Part shown: positions 1 to 12,273 of the stretch, piece after piece
Layout of the letters: every line of letters starts with the position of its first letter
Position numbering within the stretch: the first letter of the stretch is position 1
NCBI RefSeq assembly: GCF_000021865.1
Contig: NC_014034.1
Span: 1,680,001-1,712,000 of the forward strand
From: Rhodobacter capsulatus SB 1003
GTDB lineage: Bacteria; Pseudomonadota; Alphaproteobacteria; Rhodobacterales; Rhodobacteraceae
Direction: 5' to 3'
DNA: 32,000 bases
The notes under the pieces: model-generated
Told to the model about the DNA's origin: nothing
What the model saw: only the letters and a program-made list of their open reading frames with translations
Databases searched by the model: none
Translations under genes and position numbers: made by a program

Positions 1-3000
1 TGGCCGGGCGGATGCGGGTGCATCTGGGCTCGGCCGCGCTGGTGATCGAGGCCGGTTTCGCCCCCGAGGTGCGGCTGGCCATGGTGCAGATCGCCCAGCC
101 CTCGGGCCTGCCGCTGGCGGTCTTTCCCGAGGTGCGGACCCGGCTGCGCCCCGAGGCGCTGCTGCAGGGGCGGATCTTGCCGCAAAGGCTGCAGATCGGC
201 GGCGCCTCGGTGGCGCTGTACCGGGCCGCCGACGGGCGGATCGATCTGGATCTGGGCGATGCCGGGGCGGGGGCGATCAAGCTTGATCTGACCGATCCGC
301 TGAAGGTGAGCGACAGCATCGAGGCTCTGTTTGCCACGCCTGCGCTGCGCGGCGTGGCCGAGGTCTCGGCCGAGGATCTGCATATCCGCATCGTCGATGA
401 ACGCGCCGAGCGGATCTGGGAGGTGTCCGAGGGCCGGTTCCGCCTGAGCCAGAGCGCCGAGGCGATCGCGCTGACGCTCGGTTTCGATGTCGGCGAACAG
501 GACGCGCTGCCCGCGCAGGTGGCGCTGACCGCCTCGACCTCGAAGCGCGGCCCGGCGGCGGAATTCGGCGCCGCGGTGACCGGCATGCCCGCCGCCGATC
601 TGGCGGTGCAATCGCCCGCGCTGGCGGTGTTGCGCACGCTCGATGCGCCGATCTCGGGCACGCTGCGCTCGGGGATCACCGAGGATGGCACGCTGCGGCG
701 TCTGGATGCGAGCCTGCATATCGGGCCGGGGGCGCTGCGCCCCTCCGAGGCGGTGAAGCCCGTCCCCTTTGACGGCGCCGATCTGAAACTGGCCTACCGG
801 CCGCGCAGCGGCGTGGTGGAGATCACCCGGCTCGATCTGCAAAGCCGGGCCCTGCGGCTGGCGGCGACCGGGCAGGTGCGGCTGCGCGATTTCGAAAAGG
901 GCCTGCCGCGCGAGGCTCTGGCGCAGGTGCAGCTTTCCGACATCGCCTCGGACCCCGAGGGGCTTTTCGAAAAACCGGCGCGGTTTTCGCAAGGGGCGCT
1001 CGATCTGCGGCTGAGGCTTGATCCGTTCCGCGTCGATCTGGGGCAGGTGCAGCTGGTCGAGGGCACGCGGCGGATCTCTGCCACCGGGCAGGTTCTGGCC
1101 GGTCCGGCGGGCTGGCGGGTGGCGATGGATGCGGCGGTGGGAGAGATCAACAGCGCCGATCTTTTGGCGCTCTGGCCGAAATCGCTGGTGCCGCCGACCC
1201 GCGAATGGCTGGCCGAGAACGTCGCCACGGGCGAATTGCGCAATGTGCGCACGGCCTTGCGGCTGGTTCCGAAGCAGCCGCCGCGGGTCGAGCTGGGCTA
1301 TGAATTCCGCGGCGCCGAGGTGAAGGTGCTGCGCACGCTGCCCCCCGTGCGCGAGGGCCGCGGCTTTGCCGGCATCACCGAGAACAAGCATACGCTGATG
1401 GTCGAAGAGGGCACCTTGCGCGCCCCCTCGGGCGGGCAGATCGAGGTGGCGGATTCGGTGATGACCGTGCCCGACATCCGCGAAAAACCGGCCCGCGCCG
1501 AGGTGAAACTGGTCACCCGCGCGCCGATTCCGGCGGCGCTGGCGCTTTTGGACGAGGAACCCTTTCACTTCATGTCGAAGGCCGGGCAGGGCACCGACAT
1601 CGCGACCGGCTGGGCCGAGGCGCGCACCCGGCTGCGCTTTCAGATGAAGAAGCGGATCCTGACCGAGGATGTCGATTTCGAAGTGGCGGCGCGGCTGACC
1701 GATGTCGTGTCCGACAGGATCGTGCCCGGCCACAAGATCACCGCGCCGCGGCTGACGCTGACCGCCGACCGGGCGGGGATGGTGATTTCGGGGGCGGGGC
1801 TGTTCGACATCGTGCCGTTTCAGGGCCGCTGGGCGCAGCGCTTCGGGCCCGAAGCCCGCGGCATCTCGCGCGTGGACGGCTTCGTCGAGGTGACGCCCGC
1901 GGCGCTGGATCACTTCCGCATCGCGCTGCCGAAAGGGGCCGTGCGGGGCGAGGGCTGGGGCTCTTTGGTGATCGATCTGCACAAGGGACAGCCGCCCGCC
2001 TATCGCTTTGCCTCCGATCTCAAGGGGCTGGTGCTTTCGGTGCCCGAGGTGGGCTGGTCGAAGGGGGCCCCGGCGGCGGGGCGGATCGAGCTGGCGGGCC
2101 ATCTGGGGCCGGTGGCGACGGTCGACAGCCTGAAGGCCACGGCCCCGGGGCTGAGTGCCGAGGGGCGGTTGCAGCTGTCGGACAAGGGCTTCGAGAAGGC
2201 GATCTTCGGCAAGCTGTCGATCGGCAGCTGGTTTGACGGCGCCGTCGATCTTGTGAGCCGCGGCAAGGGGCGCGTGCCCGATGTGGTGGTGCATTCCGGG
2301 CGGCTCGATCTGCGCACGGCGCGGTTTGGCGGCGCCTCGGGGGCGGGCGGCGGTGGCGGCGGGGCCCCGGCCAAGGGCGGCGGCAACCGGATCGAGGCGC
2401 GGCTGGACCGGCTGACGGTCTCGGGCGGGATCGCGCTGGCGCCGATGGCGGGGCAGTTCACCACGCGCGGCGGCTTTTCGGGCGATTTCCGCGGCAGGAT
2501 CAACGGCGGCCCCGAAGTGACGGGCGCGGTCGTTCCGGCGCAAAACGGGCGTGCGGCGGTGCGGATCACCGGGCCCGACGCGGGCGCGGCGCTGGCGGCG
2601 GCGGGGGTGTTTTCCAAGGCCCGCGGCGGCACGCTCGATCTGACGTTGATGCCGGTCGAGACGAAAAGCTATGACGGGCGGCTGGCGATTTCGAACCTGC
2701 GGGTGCAGGATGCGCCGGTGCTGGCCTCGATGCTCTCGGCCGCTTCGGTGATCGGGCTTCTGGAGCAGCTCAATGGCGATGGCCTGTTGTTCACCGATGT
2801 CGCCGGGCGGTTCCATCTGTCGCCGCAGGGGGTTTCCGTCACCTCGGGGCAGGCGGTCGGCGCCTCGATGGGCGTCACGATGAGCGGCAACTACTACCCC
2901 GACAGCAAGGCCATCGACATGCAGGGCGTGGTGACGCCGTTCTATCTGGTCAATGCGATCGGGCAGATCTTCGCGCGCAAGGGCGAGGGGCTGTTCGGCT

Positions 3001-3125
3001 TCAACTACCGCATGCGCGGCACGTCCGAGGCGCCGCGCATCACCATCAACCCGCTTTCCATCTTTACCCCCGGCATGTTCCGCGAGATCTTTCGCCGCGC
3101 ACCGCCGAAACTGGTCACAGAATGA
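1..3125 (+). CDS. AsmA-family / YhdP-like (DUF3971 plus AsmA-like C-terminal region) large envelope protein; 5' end truncated by window edge
   Basis: ORF 12..3125 is 1037 aa, and the frame is open back to base 3, so the true start probably lies upstream. Size, repetitive beta-rich composition and the C-terminal segment ([20 protein letters not shown]...[25 protein letters not shown]) look like YhdP/AsmA-like C-terminal regions. The stop overlaps the queA start (ATGA at 3122-3125). Family assignment is from memory, with no HMM run. Confidence 0.6.
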   Translation, partial: AGRMRVHLGSAALVIEAGFAPEVRLAMVQIAQPSGLPLAVFPEVRTRLRPEALLQGRILPQRLQIGGASVALYRAADGRIDLDLGDAGAGAIKLDLTDPLKVSDSIEALFATPALRGVAEVSAEDLHIRIVDERAERIWEVSEGRFRLSQSAEAIALTLGFDVGEQDALPAQVALTASTSKRGPAAEFGAAVTGMPAADLAVQSPALAVLRTLDAPISGTLRSGITEDGTLRRLDASLHIGPGALRPSEAVKPVPFDGADLKLAYRPRSGVVEITRLDLQSRALRLAATGQVRLRDFEKGLPREALAQVQLSDIASDPEGLFEKPARFSQGALDLRLRLDPFRVDLGQVQLVEGTRRISATGQVLAGPAGWRVAMDAAVGEINSADLLALWPKSLVPPTREWLAENVATGELRNVRTALRLVPKQPPRVELGYEFRGAEVKVLRTLPPVREGRGFAGITENKHTLMVEEGTLRAPSGGQIEVADSVMTVPDIREKPARAEVKLVTRAPIPAALALLDEEPFHFMSKAGQGTDIATGWAEARTRLRFQMKKRILTEDVDFEVAARLTDVVSDRIVPGHKITAPRLTLTADRAGMVISGAGLFDIVPFQGRWAQRFGPEARGISRVDGFVEVTPAALDHFRIALPKGAVRGEGWGSLVIDLHKGQPPAYRFASDLKGLVLSVPEVGWSKGAPAAGRIELAGHLGPVATVDSLKATAPGLSAEGRLQLSDKGFEKAIFGKLSIGSWFDGAVDLVSRGKGRVPDVVVHSGRLDLRTARFGGASGAGGGGGGAPAKGGGNRIEARLDRLTVSGGIALAPMAGQFTTRGGFSGDFRGRINGGPEVTGAVVPAQNGRAAVRITGPDAGAALAAAGVFSKARGGTLDLTLMPVETKSYDGRLAISNLRVQDAPVLASMLSAASVIGLLEQLNGDGLLFTDVAGRFHLSPQGVSVTSGQAVGASMGVTMSGNYYPDSKAIDMQGVVTPFYLVNAIGQIFARKGEGLFGFNYRMRGTSEAPRITINPLSIFTPGMFREIFRRAPPKLVTE

Positions 3126-4174
3126 ACCTTTCCGATTTCGATTTCGAGCTGCCCGAGGGGCGGATCGCCATAAGGCCCGCCCGTCCGCGCACGGCGGCGA
3201 AACTGCTGGTGGCGACGCCCGATGCGATCCGCGATCTGACCGTGGCCGATCTGCCCGATCTTCTGGGCCCGGGCGACCGGCTGGTCTTGAACACGACCAA
3301 GGTCATTCCGGCGCGGCTCTCGGGGAGGCGCACGCGGCAAAGCGCGCAAGGGGAGGTGGTGGCCCGGGTCGAGGTGACGCTTCTGGAACCCGCGCCCGGC
3401 GGCGACTGGATGGCGCTGGCCAAGCCCCTGCGCAAGCTGAAGGAGGGCGAAGAGATCGTCTTTTCCGATGCGCTGTCGGCCCGTATCGCGGCGATCGCCG
3501 AGGGGCAGATGCGGATCCGCTTCAACCTGACCGGCCCCGATTTCGACGCGGCTTTGGCCGAGGCCGGGGCGATGCCGCTGCCGCCCTATATCGCCGCCTT
3601 GCGCGCCCCCGACGAGCAGGACAAGACCGATTACCAGACCGTCTTCGCGCAAAAGCCGGGCGCCGTCGCCGCGCCCACGGCCAGCCTGCATTTCACCCCG
3701 GACCTGCTTGAAAAGCTGCGCGACAAGGGCGTCCAATTCACCGAGGTCACGCTGCATGTCGGCGCCGGAACCTTCCTGCCCGTCAAGGTCGAGGATGTGA
3801 CGACGCACAGGATGCATGCCGAATGGGGCGAGGTGACCCCACAGGCCGCCGCCGAGATCAACGCGACGAAAGCCGCGGGCGGGCGGGTGATTCCCGTCGG
3901 CACGACGGCGCTGCGGCTGATCGAATCGGCCGCCACCGGGCCGGGCGTCATCGCGCCCTTTGCCGCGACGACCGACATCTTCATCTATCCGGGCTACCGT
4001 TTCCGCATCGCCGACGCGCTGATGACGAATTTCCACCTGCCGAAATCGACGCTTCTGATGCTCGTCTCCGCCCTGATGGGGCAGGACCGCATCCGGGCGA
4101 TCTACGATCACGCGCTCACGAAGAATTATCGCTTCTTCTCTTATGGTGATGCCTCGCTTCTGCTACCCGGGTGA
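3122..4174 (+). CDS. queA: S-adenosylmethionine:tRNA ribosyltransferase-isomerase (queuosine biosynthesis)
   Basis: 350 aa. N terminus [23 protein letters not shown], plus PLPPYI, TASLHFT and a C-terminal [12 protein letters not shown], are all typical QueA blocks. Confidence 0.93.
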   Translation: MNLSDFDFELPEGRIAIRPARPRTAAKLLVATPDAIRDLTVADLPDLLGPGDRLVLNTTKVIPARLSGRRTRQSAQGEVVARVEVTLLEPAPGGDWMALAKPLRKLKEGEEIVFSDALSARIAAIAEGQMRIRFNLTGPDFDAALAEAGAMPLPPYIAALRAPDEQDKTDYQTVFAQKPGAVAAPTASLHFTPDLLEKLRDKGVQFTEVTLHVGAGTFLPVKVEDVTTHRMHAEWGEVTPQAAAEINATKAAGGRVIPVGTTALRLIESAATGPGVIAPFAATTDIFIYPGYRFRIADALMTNFHLPKSTLLMLVSALMGQDRIRAIYDHALTKNYRFFSYGDASLLLPG

Positions 4175-5449
4175 GTGTCCCCAACTGCGAGAATTGCGAT
4201 GCTGTCCGTCCTGCGCACCACCTGGCCTTTGCTTCTGGGCGTGATGCTGCTCATGGTCGGCAACGGCATGCAGGGCACGCTTCTGGGCATCCGCGGCGCT
4301 TTGGAGGGCATCGGCACCTACAAGATGTCGGTGGTGATGTCGGCCTATTTCGCGGGCTTTCTGCTGGGCTCGCATTTCACCCCGCAACTGATCGCGCGGG
4401 TGGGCCATGTGCGGGTTTTCGCGGCCCTCGGCTCGCTGATTTCCGCGGTGCTGATCCTTTACCCCGCCGTGCCCGACTGGATCGCCTGGTCGGCGATGCG
4501 GGTGGTGATCGGCTTTTCCTTTTCCGGCGTCTATATCACCGCGGAAAGCTGGCTGAATGCCTCGGTCGGCAACCGGATGCGGGGGCAGGCGCTCTCGGCC
4601 TACATGATCGTGCAGATGATCGGCATCATCTCGGGGCAGGCCTTGATGAATGTCGGCGATCCGGGGGGCTATCTGCTTTTCGTCATCCCCTCGGTGCTGG
4701 TGTCGGTGGCCTTCACGCCGATCCTGTTGTCGGTCGCCCCCGCCCCCGAATTCGCCGAGGTGCGGCGGCTCGATTTCCGCAAGCTCTTCGCCGTCTCGCC
4801 GCTCGGCGTCGTCGCCATGTTCCTGATGGGCGGGGTGTTTTCGGCGCTCTTCGGGATGGTCTCGGTCTGGGGCACGGCGGCGGGGCTTTCGGTGCGCCAG
4901 ATCTCGATCTTTGTCGGGGCGATCTATCTGGGCGGGCTCGTCGCGCAATATCCGATCGGCTGGATCTCGGACCGGATGGACCGGCGCAAGCTGATCCTGC
5001 AGGTCGCGGTGATCGGCGCGGGCGCGATGTTCGCGGCGGCGCTGCTGGCGCCCGGCTTCTGGACGCTGGTCGGCCTTGGCGCGGTGATCGGCGGCGTGGC
5101 GAACCCGCTTTACGGCCTGCTCATCGCCTATACGAACGACTATCTCGACAAGACCGACATGGCCGGGGCCTCGGGCGGGCTTCTGTTCGTCAACGGCGTC
5201 GGCGCGATCACCGGCCCGCCGGTCACCGGCTGGCTGATGGAGCGCACGGGCTCTTCGGGCTTCTTTCTCTATGTCGCGATCCTGATGACGCTGATCGCGC
5301 TTTACGCGGGCTGGCGGATCCTGCGCGCGCCGGGACGGGCAGGGGCCTTCCCCGCCTCTTTCGCCGTCGTCTCGCCCTCGGCCACCGCGCTGGCGGTCGA
5401 GGCCGTGCTCGACTCGGGCGAGGGCGGCAAGGCTTCGCGGTCTGCCTGA
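4175..5449 (+). CDS. MFS transporter (YcaD-like, about 12 TM)
   Basis: 424 aa, hydrophobic throughout with repeated TM segments and an MFS-like loop (DRMDRRKLIL). The GTG at 4175 directly follows the queA stop. An alternative ATG at 4199 (MLSVLRTTW...) is equally plausible. Confidence 0.8.
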   Translation: MSPTARIAMLSVLRTTWPLLLGVMLLMVGNGMQGTLLGIRGALEGIGTYKMSVVMSAYFAGFLLGSHFTPQLIARVGHVRVFAALGSLISAVLILYPAVPDWIAWSAMRVVIGFSFSGVYITAESWLNASVGNRMRGQALSAYMIVQMIGIISGQALMNVGDPGGYLLFVIPSVLVSVAFTPILLSVAPAPEFAEVRRLDFRKLFAVSPLGVVAMFLMGGVFSALFGMVSVWGTAAGLSVRQISIFVGAIYLGGLVAQYPIGWISDRMDRRKLILQVAVIGAGAMFAAALLAPGFWTLVGLGAVIGGVANPLYGLLIAYTNDYLDKTDMAGASGGLLFVNGVGAITGPPVTGWLMERTGSSGFFLYVAILMTLIALYAGWRILRAPGRAGAFPASFAVVSPSATALAVEAVLDSGEGGKASRSA

Positions 5450-5585
5450 AGCTTGGGCGGGCCGCCCATCCTTTGGGCAAAATGGGGCAGAGTTGCAGAC
5501 CGATCCCGCGCGCGGGCGGGTTGCGCTTGCAATTCCCGGGCCAGTTGGCACGCTAACAGGGCTGCTCCTAACCCAAGGGGGGACC

Positions 5586-6149
5586 ATGGACGAGATCACC
5601 GAAGTGATCGCCTTCTGGCACGACGAGGTCGGGCCGGATCGCTGGTACAATGCAACACCCGAGCTCGATGCGGAGATCCGCACCCGCTATCAGGGGCTGT
5701 GGGACCGTGCCCGCGCGGGCGCCTGTGACGACTGGGCGCAATCGGCGGTGGGCGCGCTGGCTTTGTGCATCCTTTTCGATCAGATGCCGCGCAACATGTT
5801 CCGCGGCGAGAAACTGGCCTTCGCGACCGATGCGCAGGCCCGCAAGGTGGCCGATGCCGCGATCGAGCGCGGCTTCGACATGGAAATCGTCGATCCGCTG
5901 CGGCAGTTCTTCTACGTGCCCTTCATGCATTCCGAAAGCCTGGCCGATCAGGAACGCGGCGTGCGTCTGGCGGCGGAACGGATGCCGGACGAGCATCTGC
6001 TGCATGCCAAGGCCCATCGTGCGGTGATCGCGCGGTTCGGCCGCTTCCCGTGGCGCAATGAACTGGTCGGCCGCTATTCCTCGGACGAGGAGGCGGCCTT
6101 CCTGTGGCAGGGCGGCTATGAACGGATGCTGGCCCACGTCGCGCGCTGA
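5586..6149 (+). CDS. DUF924 family protein
   Basis: The ORF track starts at 5493. The ATG at 5586 (MDEITEVIAFWHDEVGPDRWYN...) is preceded by AAGGGGGG and matches the usual DUF924 N terminus (FWF..., RWF/RWY). Downstream blocks LDQ(M)PRNMFRG and RFGRFPWRN are DUF924 hallmarks. Confidence 0.75.
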   Translation: MDEITEVIAFWHDEVGPDRWYNATPELDAEIRTRYQGLWDRARAGACDDWAQSAVGALALCILFDQMPRNMFRGEKLAFATDAQARKVADAAIERGFDMEIVDPLRQFFYVPFMHSESLADQERGVRLAAERMPDEHLLHAKAHRAVIARFGRFPWRNELVGRYSSDEEAAFLWQGGYERMLAHVAR

Positions 6150-6167
6150 TCCGGCGGCACAGCTTGA

Positions 6168-6195
6168 AACGCGCCCTTTCGGGTGCGCGTTTTCC
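6168..6195 (+). terminator. Rho-independent terminator after the DUF924 gene
   Basis: AACGCGCCC-TTTC-GGGTGCGCGTT hairpin followed by a T run (6190-6193), 19 nt after the stop codon. Confidence 0.6.
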
Positions 6196-6268
6196 ATTTC
6201 GGGGTGCGGCTTCTTGAAGCGGGCGCAAAAATAGTTTAATGCCAAACCATCTTGAGATGGAGGGACGG

Positions 6269-7663
6269 ATGGCCGCCAAGAGCTTCGACATGATCGTGAT
6301 CGGTGCGGGACCGGGGGGCTATGTCGCGGCGATCCGCGGCGCGCAGTTGGGGCTTTCGGTGGCCGTGGTCGAGCGCGAGCATCTGGGCGGCATCTGTCTG
6401 AACTGGGGCTGCATCCCGACGAAGGCGCTTTTGCGCTCGGCCGAGGTGTTTCACCTGATGCACCGCGCCAAGGAATTCGGGCTGAAGGCCGAGGGGCTGG
6501 GCTATGATCTTGATGCGGTGGTGGCGCGGTCGCGCGCGGTGGCCAAGCAGCTGTCGGGCGGCATCGGGCATTTGCTGAAGAAGAACAAGGTCACCGTGCT
6601 GATGGGCGAGGCCACGCTGCCGCGCCCGGGTGTGGTGGCGGTGAAAACCGGCGCGGGCACCGAGGAGATCACGGCGAAGAACATCATCCTGGCCACCGGT
6701 GCGCGGGCGCGGGTGCTGCCGGGGCTCGAGGCCGATGGCGATCTGGTCTGGACCTACAAGCATGCGCTGACGCCGAAACGGATGCCGAAGAAGCTGCTGG
6801 TCATCGGCTCGGGCGCGATCGGGATCGAATTTGCCTCCTTCTTCAACACCTTGGGCGCCGATACGACGGTGGTCGAGGTGATGGACCGGGTTCTGCCGGT
6901 GGAGGATGCCGAGATTTCGGCCTTTGCGAAGAAGCAATTCGTCAAGCAGGGGATGAAGATTCTCGAAAAGACGACGGTTGTGAAGCTGGACCGCAGCCCG
7001 GGCAAGGTCGTCGCGCATCTGCAGGACGCCAAGGGCACGGTCACCGCGGACTTCGACACGGTGATTTCGGCGGTGGGGATTGTCGGCAATGTCGAGGGGC
7101 TGGGGCTGGAAGCTTTGGGCGTGAAGATCGACCGGACGCATGTGGTGGTGGATGAGTTCTGCCGCACCGGCGTTCCGGGGCTTTACGCCATCGGCGACAT
7201 CGCCGGGGCGCCGTGGCTGGCGCACAAGGCCAGCCATGAAGGCGTGATGGTGGCGGAACTGATCGCGGGCAAGCACGCCCATCCGATCAAGCCGGGCACG
7301 ATTGCCGGCTGCACCTATTGCACGCCGCAGGTCGCCTCGGTCGGGCTGACCGAGGAAAAGGCGAAAGCCGCGGGCCATGAGGTGCGGGTCGGCCGCTTCC
7401 CCTTCATCGGCAACGGCAAGGCGATTGCGCTTGGCGAGCCCGAGGGGATGGTGAAGACCGTTTTCGACGCGAAGACCGGCGAGTTGCTCGGCGCGCATAT
7501 GGTCGGCGCCGAGGTGACCGAGCTGATCCAGGGCTATGTGATCGGCCGCACGCTGGAAACCACGGAAGAAGATCTGATGCACACCGTCTTCCCGCATCCG
7601 ACGCTGAGCGAGATGATGCATGAAGCGGTGCTCGACGCCTATGGCCGCGCGCTGCACATGTGA
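6269..7663 (+). CDS. lpdA: Dihydrolipoyl dehydrogenase (E3), stand-alone copy
   Basis: The ATG at 6269 is preceded by GGAGG (6259-6263). It carries GAGPGGY FAD motif, the redox-active disulfide CLNWGCIPTK, a second dinucleotide fold (VIGSGAIGIEFA) and a C-terminal HPTLSE interface motif. Confidence 0.9.
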   Translation: MAAKSFDMIVIGAGPGGYVAAIRGAQLGLSVAVVEREHLGGICLNWGCIPTKALLRSAEVFHLMHRAKEFGLKAEGLGYDLDAVVARSRAVAKQLSGGIGHLLKKNKVTVLMGEATLPRPGVVAVKTGAGTEEITAKNIILATGARARVLPGLEADGDLVWTYKHALTPKRMPKKLLVIGSGAIGIEFASFFNTLGADTTVVEVMDRVLPVEDAEISAFAKKQFVKQGMKILEKTTVVKLDRSPGKVVAHLQDAKGTVTADFDTVISAVGIVGNVEGLGLEALGVKIDRTHVVVDEFCRTGVPGLYAIGDIAGAPWLAHKASHEGVMVAELIAGKHAHPIKPGTIAGCTYCTPQVASVGLTEEKAKAAGHEVRVGRFPFIGNGKAIALGEPEGMVKTVFDAKTGELLGAHMVGAEVTELIQGYVIGRTLETTEEDLMHTVFPHPTLSEMMHEAVLDAYGRALHM

Positions 7664-7680
7664 CGGCAGGGGGGCTCTGC

Positions 7681-7786
7681 CCCCCGTCCGCAAGCGGACT
7701 CCCCCCGGGATATTTGGAGCAAGATGAAGGGCGCCCATCGCGGAGCGCCCTTTGTGTTTCATCTTGCCGCAAATATCCTGGGGGTG
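7681..7786. repeat. Palindromic intergenic repeat, family A, copy 1
   Basis: Shares with 26311-26400 an identical 23-mer CCCCGTCCGCAAGCGGACTCCCC (7682-7704). The arms ...ATATTTGGAGCAAGATGAA / TTCATCTTGCCGCAAATATCC are inverted repeats of each other around a GC hairpin core. It sits between the convergent lpdA and rhodanese genes. Confidence 0.7.
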
Positions 7787-7809
7787 CAGGGGGCAGCGCC
7801 CCCGCTTTC

Positions 7810-8187
7810 TTACACCCGAACGACCGCGCCGCCGCCCGAGACCCAGTCGTTGAAGCCGCCAAGGTTGTAGACCTCCTTGTAGCCCATTTCGACCAGCATC
7901 TGCGCCGCGCCCGCGCTGCGCCCGCCCATCGCGCAGAAAAGAACCACGGGTTTGTCCACCGACAGCTCCTTCAGGCATTCCGGGCTTGACGGGTCGCATT
8001 TCATCTTCACCGTGGCCAGCGGCACATGCAGCGCCCCCTTGGCCGTGCCCGAGGCGCGCAGCTCCATCCCGTCGCGCACGTCGATCAGGGTGATCTCGCC
8101 CGCCGCCGCCTTGGCCACCGCCTCGCGCGGGTCGATCTTTTGCACGCGGGCCCCGCCCGACACGGCGGAGCGCAGGAAGTTGAACAT
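7810..8187 (-). CDS. Single-domain rhodanese (sulfurtransferase)
   Basis: The start is moved to the ATG at 8187 (MFNFLRS...), preceded by AAGGAG. It has the active-site loop CAMGGRS (CxxGxR[ST]) and the typical ITLIDVR ... GYKEVYNLGGF pattern. Confidence 0.8.
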   Translation of the reverse strand: MFNFLRSAVSGGARVQKIDPREAVAKAAAGEITLIDVRDGMELRASGTAKGALHVPLATVKMKCDPSSPECLKELSVDKPVVLFCAMGGRSAGAAQMLVEMGYKEVYNLGGFNDWVSGGGAVVRV

Positions 8188-8333
8188 CGAAAACTCCTTT
8201 TCATGCGCCCCGACCGGCGCGTTCATTTCATGCCGCCAAAGCCGGGCGGGTTTCAAGTCTCTTCATATTATACATGCGAAGGTTTGAATGCAACGGTTGC
8301 ATCGCCCGGTTTTTCGGGGGTGGCGCGGGAAAA

Positions 8334-8348
8334 GTTCCTGTTCCGTTC
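8334..8348 (+). promoter_or_regulatory. Alphaproteobacterial LexA (SOS) box GTTC-N7-GTTC upstream of uvrA
   Basis: The exact direct repeat GTTCctgttccGTTC ends 66 nt upstream of the uvrA ATG. It matches the Rhodobacter/Rhizobium-type SOS box, and uvrA is a classical SOS gene. Confidence 0.6.
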
Positions 8349-8359
8349 GCAATTTCTCG

Positions 8360-8388
8360 TTGGAGACTCGGGCGCAACCCCCTATCTA
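8360..8388 (+). promoter_or_regulatory. Candidate sigma-70 promoter of uvrA
   Basis: TTGGAG (8360-8365), a 17-nt spacer, then TATCTA (8383-8388). It resembles the alphaproteobacterial CTTGAC-N17-CTATAT consensus. Pattern match only. Confidence 0.3.
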
Positions 8389-8413
8389 TGGGGCCTGACA
8401 TCTGGGGGCGGGC

Positions 8414-11283
<2,870 letters not shown>

Positions 11284-11287
<4 letters not shown>

Positions 11288-11901
11288 GCGCGGATCAGAT
11301 TGGTTTCTGGGATCGGGTGGCGGACCGCTATGCGGCGCGGCCGGTCCGCGACGTGGCGGCCTATGAGGCGATGCTGGCCGAGGTGGCGGCGCGGCTGCAC
11401 CCCGGTGACAAGGTTCTGGAAATCGGCTGCGGCACCGGGTCCACGGCGCTGCGGCTGGGGCCGGGGGTGGGGCTCTGGCTCGCCACCGATCTTTCGCCGG
11501 AAATGCACCGCATCGCCTGTGCCAAGCCCGGCTGCGCTCAGGTGCAGTTCCGCCAGACCGCGGCCGAGGCCCGCCATGCCGAGGCGCCCTTTGACGTGAT
11601 CTGCGCCTTTCACATCCTGCATCTGGTCCCCGATGCCGCGGCGACGCTGGCCGCGCTGTTCGGGCAGCTGAAACCGGGCGGGCTCTTCCTGTCGAAAACC
11701 TGGTGTCTGGCGGATCTGCCGTTCTGGATGAAGGCAATCCTGCCGCTTCTGCGGCTGCGCGGCTGGATGCCGCCTGCCCGCGCGCTGCGGGCGCCCGAGC
11801 TGCGGGCGCTGATCACGGCCGCGGGTTTCGTGATCGAGGAAGAGCGCACCTTCGGCAAGGGCGCGCACAGCCGCTACATCGTCGCGCGCAAGCCGGTCTG
11901 A
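11284..11901 (+). CDS. Class I SAM-dependent methyltransferase
   Basis: 205 aa. Motif [10 protein letters not shown], followed by an acidic loop and a LKPGG motif. The start overlaps the uvrA stop (ATGA). Confidence 0.8.
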
Positions 11902-11935
11902 CCGGGCCGGTCTGAGCGGGGCGCCGCAAGGAAAA

Positions 11936-11961
11936 CCCGCCGCGACCGGGGCCGCGGCGGG
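11936..11961 (-). terminator. Terminator hairpin between the convergent methyltransferase and DUF2892 genes
   Basis: Perfect 9-bp stem CCCGCCGCG / CGCGGCGGG with an 8-nt loop. On the minus strand it is followed by TTTT, so it suits the DUF2892 transcript. Confidence 0.6.
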
Positions 11962-11987
11962 ACAGCAGAGGCGGTCCGAGCCTGCGG

Positions 11988-12188
11988 TCAGTTCTTGCAG
12001 GTGTTGATGCCCAGCACGCTGTAAAGCGGGCAGGTGTTCATCAGCCCGGTGGCCAGCGGCACGATGCCGATCAGGAAAATCCAGTTGTAGCCCGCTTCAC
12101 CGCCGGTCAGAAACCCGGCGACCAGCAGGACGATGCCCGCCGCGATGCGCAGTTTCTTGTCCATGCCGCCCACATTGGTCTTGAACAT
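11988..12188 (-). CDS. DUF2892 (YgaP-like) small two-TM membrane protein
   Basis: The 147-aa track ORF is trimmed to the ATG at 12188 (MFKTNVGGMDKKLRIAAGIVLLVAGF...), preceded by GGGAG. The 66-aa product has two hydrophobic helices and a C-terminal CPLYSVLGINTC, the usual DUF2892 layout. Confidence 0.65.
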   Translation of the reverse strand: MFKTNVGGMDKKLRIAAGIVLLVAGFLTGGEAGYNWIFLIGIVPLATGLMNTCPLYSVLGINTCKN

Positions 12189-12273
12189 CTCTTGCTCCCT
12201 TGGTGTCAGAAGGCCGGGTCTCCGGCCGATGGCTGACCTTAGCAGGGCGGCTGTGCCGGTGTCGGTGACCTCG

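Noticed and set aside
5546-5561. TGGCAC hexamer upstream of the DUF924 gene, resembling a sigma-54 -24 element.
   Set aside because: The required -12 element (TTGC/GC at the fixed spacing after GG) is absent; the sequence there is CAGGG. No enhancer-binding protein gene is nearby.
5493-5585. N-terminal extensions suggested by the ORF track for several genes: 5493 (DUF924), 6239 (lpdA), 8256 (rhodanese), 12431 (DUF2892), 13868 (mmsB), 16204 (acd), 17399 (LysR), 18897 (coaD), 28011 (dnaB).
   Set aside because: In each case an internal ATG is preceded by a clear Shine-Dalgarno sequence and begins the conserved family N terminus. The upstream stretches are non-conserved-looking and often start at GTG/TTG or overlap neighbouring genes.
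6269-7663. The stand-alone lpdA, not adjacent to any E1/E2 genes, as a possible sign of an unusual complex.
   Set aside because: Extra orphan dihydrolipoyl dehydrogenase copies are common in alphaproteobacteria. The sequence has all canonical E3 motifs, and nothing in the flanks suggests a new partner.
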